Source of the DNA: a virus
Lineage: Duplodnaviria > Caudoviricetes
DNA length: 60,867 bases
Virus record (IMG/VR): IMGVR_UViG_3300017989_000014
Coordinates: 1 to 60,867 of that record
Strand: one strand, 5' to 3'
Each line of letters starts with the position of its first letter. Position 1 is the stretch's first letter. Positions 8,497 to 17,200 of this stretch are shown here, one piece after another. Below the pieces are notes generated by a model. It saw nothing but the letters and a program-made list of their open reading frames with translations. It did not search any database and was not told the DNA's origin. The translations under genes were made by a program, and so were the position numbers.

Positions 8497-8566
8497 TGCA
8501 GGGGAGAGGGGCTCGAACCCTCGACCTGGGCGCTACCCAGCCCATTCCCACTCTGGCATCCCCTGC
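8497..8566 (-). ncRNA. tRNA-like element (aberrant cloverleaf)
   Basis: GCAGGGGA/TCCCCTGC 8-bp acceptor, GAGGG-TTCGAGC-CCCTC T-arm, D-loop-like AGAGTGGGAAT, CTGGG-TAGCG-CCCAG anticodon-like arm; no encoded CCA. Confidence 0.6.
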
Positions 8567-8575
8567 GGTAATAAA

Positions 8576-8716
8576 TGCCCTGGCACCCCATCGCTCACAG
8601 CAGGCCGACATGTCTCTCTCGGACCAGTCGGTTCTTCGTGGAAGAAACGGTTACTGTTACTTCTCACCCACTGTATCGGCCCTTCGCGCTGGTCATGGCG
8701 GAGGGATGCCAGGGCA
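8576..8716 (-). ncRNA. Putative structured RNA (long interrupted rod)
   Basis: TGCCCTGGCATCCC/GGGGTGCCAGGGCA, CAGC/GCTG, GGCCGATA/TGTCGGCC and inner TTCTTC-CAC-GAAGAA stems; G-U wobbles work only on the minus strand. Confidence 0.5.
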
Positions 8717-8722
8717 AATTGT

Positions 8723-8881
8723 CTACTTGAACTCGCCGCACGCCCTCGTGGTCGGCCGGATCTCGGGACGTCCGCCGTCACGCGCCGGGGGGAAGCGGAA
8801 GCAGTGGAACTGGTCCGGCTGCGGGTCGGTGTTCTCGAAATACTTGCAGTCCTTGCACGTCTTCCCATCCTTCGCGAACAT
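8723..8881 (-). CDS. Small Cys-rich protein (CKDC...C.RFPP...CGEF, 52 aa)
   Basis: Not in the track; AAGGAGG SD; motif typical of small phage metal-binding proteins. Confidence 0.7.
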   Translation of the reverse strand: MFAKDGKTCKDCKYFENTDPQPDQFHCFRFPPARDGGRPEIRPTTRACGEFK

Positions 8882-8896
8882 CTCGTCCTCCTTTGG

Positions 8897-9313
8897 TTAG
8901 AACTCCTCGGTCTTCCATTCGCCATCCACCTTCTGGATAGCGATGAATCGAAACATCGGAAATAGCTCTGCCGCTACCTTGATCTTCACTCGCGCATCGT
9001 CTCGCCAGAACCCCTTGACCTCATGGAACTCGCAAGAGGCGTCCGTCTTGATTACGAAGAAGTCCGGCGTGTACCACGTACGGTCGGCCAACCGGAGCTT
9101 GATCGTTTCGAACTTCCAGATCGCAACCTCGCTGCTGCAATCCAGTAGCTGGGAGTACAGGTGCTCCGTCCCGTTCATGCGGTTCTTCGCATCTGCCTGG
9201 ATCTTCGCCTGCGGGCACTCGATCAAGGGTGGCACTCGGTGATCCGACAAGGCGAGCTGCTCCTCCACCTGTCGGCGCATCGCGGGAGGTAGGTCTTCCA
9301 GTCTCACTCTCAT
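8897..9313 (-). CDS. DUF1064-like PD-(D/E)XK endonuclease / resolvase
   Basis: YTPDF...EFHEVKGFWRDDARVKIKVAA..FP. Confidence 0.8.
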   Translation of the reverse strand: MRVRLEDLPPAMRRQVEEQLALSDHRVPPLIECPQAKIQADAKNRMNGTEHLYSQLLDCSSEVAIWKFETIKLRLADRTWYTPDFFVIKTDASCEFHEVKGFWRDDARVKIKVAAELFPMFRFIAIQKVDGEWKTEEF

Positions 9314-11022
9314 GACTTCATCTCCGGCATGAACATGCTCTCGGGTTTAGTCGTCGAAGTGTTTGCGATCATCAGGTGCTTCTCGGCCCTCGTGATGGCC
9401 ACGTACGCAAGCCGTCGTTCCTCCTCCAGCCTACCCTCTCGGATAGATCCAGACGAGGGCCATCTTCCCTCGGTAAGGCCGATGACGCAGACGGCAGGCC
9501 ACTCCAGACCCTTCGCTGCATGGACGGTGCATACGGTGATCCCTTCCGGAGCAGAGGGCATCTTGTCTTGCACGCCACGCATGGCGAACACCTCGATCAG
9601 CTCTCGGATCTCCGTGATCCCCTCGGTCCACATCAGGTCACCAAGCCACTGGATGGCGTCCTTCACCTCGTGTATCTCCAGCCTGGAGAGAACCCTCGCC
9701 TGGAGCATGTGGTCCTGGATGCTTTCAAGCGTGTCCGGCTGGATTGAGCGGGTACACTGCGAGAGCGAGCAGCCACGGGCCAGTGCCTCCTTGCGAATCT
9801 CTAGGATCGCCTCTGGTGTGAGGCCCTCGTGCTGGGCCACTGCCATAAAGGCCCGGTTGTCTTTCGGGTTGCAGGCGAGCCTCACGTACCCCATCGCGGC
9901 CCGCATCATAGGCATCTTCGTCATCTCGTCGTTGGGCGTGATCCGGTCCACGGTATGGCCAGCCGCAATGAGCTGTGAAGCGGCCACGTCCAGTTGCCTA
10001 TGGGTCCGCCCGATGACCGCGATGTCAGTCTCTCTGGCTCCGTCCTCTACCAGCGAGCTTATGAAGTCCACCACCCCCGTGATGCCCGCCTGCTCCCCTG
10101 CGAAATACGTGAGCCCACCGCTAAGGTGATCGGCAGGCTTAATGGTGACCGGTATCCTGCTCATGTTCCGCTGGATGAGCGTGTTGGCAGGCTCGGCCAC
10201 GTTGGCCCCGAACCGGTAGGTGGTCGGGAGGGTGTACCTCTCCGCCGTCTTGGAGAACTCGATGATGTTCTGCGGGCAAGCGCCACGCCACTCGTAGATC
10301 GACTGGTCGATGTCACCGACAGCGAAGATCGTGTCAGGCTCGAAGTCCTCCATGAGGGACCACTGTCCAAGATCCGTATCCTGGCACTCGTCTACCAGGA
10401 AGTGCCGGTAGTTCTTGCGGATCTCGGGGGCGAGATATTCCATCCCCATGATCTTCCGTGCTTCGTAGATGAGCGTCTGGTAGGTGAGCACGTTCTGCGA
10501 CTTCAGGCTTCCGCACAGTGCCCCCCATGCAGGCCCGTAGGTTTCACGCTCGCTGGCGCTGGCGCTCTCACCGGCTGGATCTACCAGCATCCTCGCCTTG
10601 TAGTGCTCCCACCCTGCCTTGTCCGCCCACGACACCCCGCTCCATCCGCCCCGCTTGCTCTTGAGGCCGACGTCTACGAGGACATCCCACTCCTCCTTCA
10701 TGGCGGTCCAGTCGTCCAGCACGCCGAGCCAGGACGGCTCCCAGCCCTGCACCTTGCCCCACTGGCGGACGATGGACAGGGCGAACGAATGGAACGTACC
10801 GATGAAAGCCAGTCCGGCCTTCTCTCCGATCCTTGCCTTGATCTCCCGTGCCGCATGTCGCGTGAATGTGAGCAGGACGATCTTGGAAGGAGGGACCTCC
10901 TCCACCAACTTCAAGAACCGGTGGGTGAGGGTGAGGGTCTTCCCGGACCCTGGTACTGCGGATACCAGAGCCCGGGCCGACGTTGTGTCTACTGCTGCTT
11001 GCTGGTGCTGGTCAAGCTGCAT
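9310..11022 (-). CDS. UvrD/PcrA/Rep-family SF1 helicase
   Basis: AVPGSGKT, LTFT, VDECQDTD, VGDIDQSIYEWRGA, TVHAAKGLEW, EEERRLAYVAITRA. Confidence 0.95.
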   Translation of the reverse strand: MQLDQHQQAAVDTTSARALVSAVPGSGKTLTLTHRFLKLVEEVPPSKIVLLTFTRHAAREIKARIGEKAGLAFIGTFHSFALSIVRQWGKVQGWEPSWLGVLDDWTAMKEEWDVLVDVGLKSKRGGWSGVSWADKAGWEHYKARMLVDPAGESASASERETYGPAWGALCGSLKSQNVLTYQTLIYEARKIMGMEYLAPEIRKNYRHFLVDECQDTDLGQWSLMEDFEPDTIFAVGDIDQSIYEWRGACPQNIIEFSKTAERYTLPTTYRFGANVAEPANTLIQRNMSRIPVTIKPADHLSGGLTYFAGEQAGITGVVDFISSLVEDGARETDIAVIGRTHRQLDVAASQLIAAGHTVDRITPNDEMTKMPMMRAAMGYVRLACNPKDNRAFMAVAQHEGLTPEAILEIRKEALARGCSLSQCTRSIQPDTLESIQDHMLQARVLSRLEIHEVKDAIQWLGDLMWTEGITEIRELIEVFAMRGVQDKMPSAPEGITVCTVHAAKGLEWPAVCVIGLTEGRWPSSGSIREGRLEEERRLAYVAITRAEKHLMIANTSTTKPESMFMPEMKS

Positions 11023-12682
11023 CCTGCGTTTCCCCGCTGAGGTCGACCACGTTCCACTCCTCGGGAATACTGCGCGGCTGATGACAGGTCATCACCACGC
11101 ACTGAAGGTCCTTGATGTTGCCGATGTGGGCAAGCACCTTGAACAGGTTGTCTCGGCCGGGCCACGTGTCAACCTCGGCTGCTTCCAGCACGACGAGAGC
11201 CGTGGTGGCAAGCGCGTGCCCGACCGCTGCGTCGAAGATAACCTGCTCTCCGCCGCTGAGCGTCTCTCGCTGCACACCCTTCCACCTGATCGTAATATCG
11301 GTCCCGTCGTCATCCAACTCCAGCTCTCCCTCTGGGAGGACAGACCGGGAACGCTCTGCCAGCAGCGAGGCCGCTGCGCGCACCACGCTCGCCTGTGCGT
11401 CGATTGCTTTGCTCAGGTCGGCCTTGGCCGCATCCTCATCCGATACCTTCTCCTGGGCCGCAATACGCGCCTTCTCGGCCTCGTTCCTCACCGTATCGTA
11501 CTTCACGATAGGCTCGATGGCCTTCTGGATGCCCTCGATCTTCTTGGCCGTCCCAGCCATGACCGCCTCGTCGTTCTTGTCCAACCCCTCGCCGATCTTG
11601 TCTCCGGCCTTTCGATCTCGCTCGATTGCGCTGATCTCTGCGTCCAGCATCTCGACCTGACGCTCCGCCTTGGACTTCACCTTCTGGAGCTTGTTGACCT
11701 TGCTCTGGAGGGTGCTCACCGTCGACCATGCGATCCGCGCCTGCTCCACCTGCTCCTCTGTTGGAGCGATACGCTGGAGAACATACGCAACCTGCTTCGC
11801 AAGGTCGGGGTGGTTGGCCAGCAAGGCCATCACCTCGGCAATGGCGTCGATGATCTCCTTCGATGCCTCGTGGACCCGCGACTCCTCAGCGAGCTGCGTT
11901 GCGTCATCCAGCTCGGTGAGCAGAGCCATCAGCTTTTCCTCTGCGTCCTTCTGCTCAGCAGTGTAGGCGATCCGCTGGTTGTTCTTGTCCTCCAGCGAGT
12001 CCACGCGCTCTTTCAGGTGCGCCCGGGCCTTGTCGTTGGCCATCCCCTCTGCCACGCGCTTCTGCGCATCGGAGAACTCGACCTGCGCCTCGCTCAGCTC
12101 CTTCTTCAGCTCGCCAAGATCGCCGACAGGCCGCTCCATTTCGGAGAGCGACTTCACGATCGTCTCGACAGCTTTCTCGGCAGACTGGCGCGCCTTGCGT
12201 GCCCGACTGAGGGCGTCCCGCGCAGCCTTCTCGTCTGAGGTCAGCTTCTTGATTGTCTCCTGGTCGGACACCATGCCGAGGATCATCCTCCGCTTATCGG
12301 TGCCGGTCATCGCCCAGAACGCGGGGATATCGATGAGGCGAGGCTCTGCGCCAAGGCACATCCTCAACATCGACTCCGCCGCATTCCTATTCCCCGGAAC
12401 CCCGTTCACGATAACCCTCTCACTCAGCGTCTTCCCGGCCGTCCACCGCCGCTCGACGTCAACCCCGTCGACGACAACGCCAGCCATCATTGTGTCGGCC
12501 GAGGCGTTTGCCATGACGGCCTTCTTCTGGTAGCCGGGGAGGTAACCCAGCAGCGCCAGATCCACAGCGTGAACCAGCGTGCTCTTGCCGGACCCGTTCG
12601 GCCCGATGAATAGGTTTTTCTCCCCGAACTCCTGCTCCTTCGTCTGTCCTCGCACGTTCTCCAAGCTAACCTTTGTAATCAC
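11012..12682 (-). CDS. Rad50/SbcC/SMC-like coiled-coil ABC ATPase
   Basis: GPNGSGKS Walker A, long coiled coil, LSGGEQ signature, atypical Walker B VVLEAAEVD, MTCH H-loop. Confidence 0.85.
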   Translation of the reverse strand: MITKVSLENVRGQTKEQEFGEKNLFIGPNGSGKSTLVHAVDLALLGYLPGYQKKAVMANASADTMMAGVVVDGVDVERRWTAGKTLSERVIVNGVPGNRNAAESMLRMCLGAEPRLIDIPAFWAMTGTDKRRMILGMVSDQETIKKLTSDEKAARDALSRARKARQSAEKAVETIVKSLSEMERPVGDLGELKKELSEAQVEFSDAQKRVAEGMANDKARAHLKERVDSLEDKNNQRIAYTAEQKDAEEKLMALLTELDDATQLAEESRVHEASKEIIDAIAEVMALLANHPDLAKQVAYVLQRIAPTEEQVEQARIAWSTVSTLQSKVNKLQKVKSKAERQVEMLDAEISAIERDRKAGDKIGEGLDKNDEAVMAGTAKKIEGIQKAIEPIVKYDTVRNEAEKARIAAQEKVSDEDAAKADLSKAIDAQASVVRAAASLLAERSRSVLPEGELELDDDGTDITIRWKGVQRETLSGGEQVIFDAAVGHALATTALVVLEAAEVDTWPGRDNLFKVLAHIGNIKDLQCVVMTCHQPRSIPEEWNVVDLSGETQDAA

Positions 12683-12704
12683 GTCCTTTGTCCCTTCTTT
12701 GTCG

Positions 12705-13820
12705 CTACGCCTTCTTCATCAGGTCGATCATCTCGACCAGCTTGGGCATGGGGAGAAGCTCGATAGGCTCATCCACACCCACGCCGACGGCCTTGCACGC
12801 CTTGGCGTACGCCGTCTTCTTGCGCTTGAGCTTGCCCAGCTCCTTAATCAGCTCCTCCAGCTCGTTCGTCTCCTTCGTTTCTTCCGGCTTGCCACCTCCG
12901 AAAGGCAGATCATCCTCTGGCTCGGAGGCGTCAGCCTCTTCCACCGGGTTGGCCGAGATGTCGGCCGCGATGACTGCGTGCTCGTCCTCTGCGTGCAGCT
13001 CGTCTGCACCCTGCTCCACGATAACCTCTCCGGAACCACCGCCCTCGGCGAGCTGGCGCTCGATGTCGAGCGTGCTCCCGTCCCAGCGCATCCCTCCGTC
13101 CCTGGAGTACCAGCAGTAAGTCGTCTCGACCGTCTGCGGCTCGTAGAACTTACGGCGAGGGGGCAGCGCCGGGTGATGGGCGATGGCATTACGCTCGGCG
13201 AACGTCTGGCAGATACGCGCAGCGTTCTTTCGGCGGTTCACCATTTCCTTCTGCCACTTCACGAACTCCTTTGCGGAGCAGTCGACCCACAGGTTGGTCG
13301 CCTCGTCGAGGTCGTACCGTGCCCACATCTCGCCCGGCCCCTCCAACTGCTTCGGCAGGATCTTCACGATGGCCGGGAACTTGTCGGCCTTCGCGATGAG
13401 GTCCTGGAGGTTGTAGAGCTTCACGTCGAACGAGACCGTGCGGTCGGAGATGCACGGGATGCCCATCTTCGTGAACCCACCGGCCTTGACCCGGTAGTAA
13501 ATCACACCGGTCTCTGGGTCCTGGTACCCGTTCGGCTGCTCCGTGCCGTTGGCAACCACCGTGTCAGCGGGCTGACAGATGATCCCACAGTCGGCTGCGA
13601 GCTTACCAAAGCCTTTCGCGGACGGGATGAAGACGTTCCGCCAGTCCGGTGAATTCCTCGTACCCAGGTTTTCCGACATCGGCAGCTTCACCAGCGTGCC
13701 ATCGTCCACCGACAGGCGCGCCCTCGACTTCATCATGCGGACCTCGTTGCCCTCCCGGGTGCGGATGAGCGACACATCCTCCATGCTGACGAGTTCCTGC
13801 CTGGGCTTTTCCGTAGTCAT
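12705..13820 (-). CDS. Putative single-strand annealing / recombination protein
   Basis: Position in the recombination block, folded N-terminus with acidic disordered tail; family not recognised with certainty. Confidence 0.4.
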   Translation of the reverse strand: MTTEKPRQELVSMEDVSLIRTREGNEVRMMKSRARLSVDDGTLVKLPMSENLGTRNSPDWRNVFIPSAKGFGKLAADCGIICQPADTVVANGTEQPNGYQDPETGVIYYRVKAGGFTKMGIPCISDRTVSFDVKLYNLQDLIAKADKFPAIVKILPKQLEGPGEMWARYDLDEATNLWVDCSAKEFVKWQKEMVNRRKNAARICQTFAERNAIAHHPALPPRRKFYEPQTVETTYCWYSRDGGMRWDGSTLDIERQLAEGGGSGEVIVEQGADELHAEDEHAVIAADISANPVEEADASEPEDDLPFGGGKPEETKETNELEELIKELGKLKRKKTAYAKACKAVGVGVDEPIELLPMPKLVEMIDLMKKA

Positions 13821-14232
13821 ACACCTTCTCCCTCATTTCGATATCAGCTCGACTTGCGTCGTAGCCACACCATTTCACCAACTCCCACCACCAGAACCGC
13901 AGCGTCCGTTTCCCGAAACGGAAGTGCGGTATCGCGCCCTCACGCACCTTCAACCTCACCCACGACTCACTCATGTCCATTCCCCATGCTGCCTCCCCAG
14001 CTTTCATGAGGGCCTGCATTGGCAATCCGGTCATGGCGTTCAGGATGATGTCACCCGCGTGCGCGAGTCCCTGGCGGTGATTTTTCTCAAGGAACTCACC
14101 CGAGACCCTGAGACCTACGTGAACCCCGTCGCGCTCCCGGCAGTCGAAAATAACGTCAGACGCTATTTGCCGGAAGGTTGGTCGGCTCACCCGCAACATA
14201 TTGCGGAATTCCTGCAGTTTCACCGCTCTCAT
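13603..14232 (-). CDS. Excisionase-like (HTH_17-type) DNA-binding protein
   Basis: LMKAGEAA...MSESWVRLKVREGAIPHFRFGKRTLRF...ELVKW; 3' end overlaps the next gene by 218 nt. Confidence 0.6.
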   Translation of the reverse strand: MRAVKLQEFRNMLRVSRPTFRQIASDVIFDCRERDGVHVGLRVSGEFLEKNHRQGLAHAGDIILNAMTGLPMQALMKAGEAAWGMDMSESWVRLKVREGAIPHFRFGKRTLRFWWWELVKWCGYDASRADIEMREKVYDYGKAQAGTRQHGGCVAHPHPGGQRGPHDEVEGAPVGGRWHAGEAADVGKPGYEEFTGLAERLHPVRERLW

Positions 14233-14238
14233 GCTGGT

Positions 14239-14268
14239 AATTTACAGCAATCTTGACGGTAATTGCAA
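14239..14268 (-). promoter_or_regulatory. Probable promoter of the replication operon (possibly leaderless)
   Basis: TTGCAA-N18-TAAATT ending 6 nt before ATG 14232; AT-rich 48-bp intergenic gap. Confidence 0.45.
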
Positions 14269-14280
14269 GAACTTTTGACG

Positions 14281-17200
14281 CTATTTTCCTTCGAGGTGCT
14301 CCAGGATGGCGTCGTCGAGCGCGTCACTGTCGAACATCGGGGCGGTACGGTTGATCGGAGTGATCTTGTTCGGGTCCCCCAGGAGGTCCCCTCCGTCGAT
14401 CCCGTCGAGCACCCGGCGCTGGCTCTTGGAGGCGTAACGCTTCACGCGGTCTACCTGACTCCCCCAGCGGGTGACGAGAGCGTTGTCCCAGCGGCGCTTC
14501 CAGTAGCCGAACTTGTAGCTCTTCGGGATGTACCCCTTCGCCTTCGCTTCCTTGTAGGCAGCGAGCCGAGCCTTCGCCAGGGCCTTCGAGGATGGCTTCT
14601 CACGGCCGAACGCCTCGATGTGCTTACGGATGGTCTTCCTGGCCCCTTCGCTGTTCCTGGCGTCCATCCTGCCCGCTTTACGGACCTCCGGGTCGTCCAT
14701 CGGGAATTCTTTCCGGTTGCTGAAGCGGATCAGGCGAGAAACGGCTGGCTCGACAAACCACGTGCCCTTGATTCGCTCCTCGAAGTCACCGCGCACCGTG
14801 CGGAGCCCGCTGCGGTTGGCCCGGGCGGTCATTCCGCCGAGCGTCTGGTTCCAGAACCACCGGAAGATGTCCTCGGCTGCGTACTTACCGCCAGCCTCCA
14901 TACGGTTCGGGTCGATGATCGGGCGACCGGTCCACGAGTCGATTGGGTTCGATCCCTGGTTGTATTGCCACGCCACCTGCGCGATCTTGATGACCGGGTT
15001 CAGCCTTGAGAACGGCATCTCACCCTGGAGGAACTTGTTGAAGTTGGTGATGTCCTTGTCATTGATGCTTTCGAACAGAGCCGACAGCGCACCTACAGCC
15101 ATCTCTCCCTGGAAGTCCATCGGGAGGATGGCGTACGCAGCCTCACCCTCCTCCGTGAGCCACAGCGGGATGATGTGCTTCCGGTGCATGTCATGCTTCC
15201 GCACACGCTTCATGATCTCCTGCATCGTCTCCTTCCACTCATCCGGCCAGGGGAGGAGGCCATAAAGGGCAGCGTACTTCAGCGCCATCGGGATGATGTC
15301 GTAGAGCACGGTCTTCACGGCGTACGTGATAGGCGTCTCCTTGACGGTCTCGACAGCCGACTGGATGCCGACCGTCTGCGCGTTGGAGAAGATCCAGATG
15401 TTATTGTAGATCAGGCGCAGAGCCCCGCCATCCCTGAAGTCCGGAGACCCTACGCGCGTGAGGAGCAGGTCCACGATCTTGTCCTCTGGCAGGTCCGTAC
15501 GCTCGCGGAGGAACTTCGCGCCTGCGACCTTCGGGAGCAACTCCCAAAACCTGTTGTAGTTCTGGAGGAAGTTCTTCAGGCCACCGAGCCAGCGCAACGG
15601 GTTCAGCGGGGAGCGCTTTTTGCCCTTCAGCTCCCGTATCTGGTACTCGTCGAACAGGCGCTCTACGCTGCCAGCCTCGTCGGAGCTATACCAGCTCGGC
15701 AGCTTGCCGCGCTTCAGCGCAAGGTAGGGCCTCGCCATACCGTGGCCGCGCCCGGCGATCAGCGCCCGGTTCTCGTACATCCAGCGCACGGTTTCGCTCT
15801 GCTCGCCTCGCACCACGTCTGCCCATGTGTCCGTCCACGCCTTCCCGTAGTACTTCAGCAGGGTCCAGGGACCCTTTACCGCACCAAGCTGCGGAAGCTG
15901 TTTCACGGTGGCCCGGAAGTCACGCTGCGCGTTCCATATCGAGAAGAACGGGTTCATCCCCACGTACATCTCCTTGAACGGTTGCGCGAGCGCCGAGAGC
16001 GTCTTGAATACGACGTCTCCCAGGAACACGTCCTTCGTGAACAGGTCCGCGAGTTCCTTGGGCACGTAGTACCCCTTGATCTGCCCGTTCTGCAGGATCG
16101 TAACCAGGCCCCAGTTCTTATTCCTCGGCTCCTTCGGCTGGCGTACGAACACCTCTTTCTCCACCCAGTCATTTGCCTTCTCATCCCACACCTTACGGCG
16201 TCCGATCGACACCCTGTGGGTCTTGGCTGGCTGGATCTCCTTCATGTCGGTGTTGTTCAGCATCCATTGAATCGTCTTGCGCTTGGCTCGGTTAGCGTAG
16301 CCGTTCATCAGGAGGGACAGGTCCTTCATCACCGTGGCGTCGAGCACGTTCCCGATACCCTCCAGCGTGCCCACCTGCTTGTGGATCATGCCAAGACCCT
16401 CTGACCCGAGGCGATCCTCCAGGAACTTCGTCACGTCGAAGGTCACGTAGTCCTCGTTGGTGAGGATCTTGTCGTAGAGCTTCTTGGTGTACATCCCCTC
16501 CTGAACCAGGACCGGGAAGATGTGGTGCTCGCGAAGCTGGAATAACTTCTTCCGCAATTCCCCGAACAGCGCGTATATCTCGCTGCCTACCCGCTCCTCC
16601 AGGGCTTCATCTGTATCCTTGGCCGTCTCGCCGATGAATCCGCCCGGGTTCCACAACTCTTCACGTTCGGTCCTCGCTCGGCGCAGGAAGAGGTACTTCG
16701 CGAAGTCGACCGGGTCAGCCCCAATCTCTTCCAGCCGGTCAATGATGTCCCGCTTGAAGTCGCGCAGATACATATTGGCCGCTGCGTCCGTGTACGCCAG
16801 CTTGCGCAACTCGACCATCGGGTCCTCGCTTACGCCTTTTACTCCCTGCTCCTTGCGCCACTTGGCGGTCCTCTTGTGCAGAGGCTCTGCCCGGCGGTAG
16901 AAGTTGCGCTTGATCCAGCTCAACGCGCCAGTGAACACAGCTCCACGCATAGCGTGCCGCGTGCGTAGAACCTCCTCGTGGTCGGCGAACATCTGGCCGA
17001 TGTTGTTATCCAGGCGGGCACCACGTGCCTCCCCGCTACGGATGTCCTTCTGGATCTGGTCGTACAGGGCCTTCACCTTGGGCTTCCTGCTCATCCAGGA
17101 CATAATCATACGGTAGGATTTCGGGGCCTTTATGCGCATCGACTCGGGGGCCATCAGCAGCACGCTCCACGCCTCGGCATACAGCTCCACGCTGCTCAGG

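Noticed and set aside
8497-8566. Canonical tRNA-Ala(AGC), tRNA-His or tRNA-Sec gene
   Set aside because: Anticodon arm and variable region are too short, there is no TCA or GTG anticodon and no long variable arm; kept only as tRNA-like.
9310-12682. Gabija-like defence system (ABC ATPase plus UvrD)
   Set aside because: No TOPRIM/OLD nuclease domain on the ATPase, and the context is a phage recombination/replication operon.
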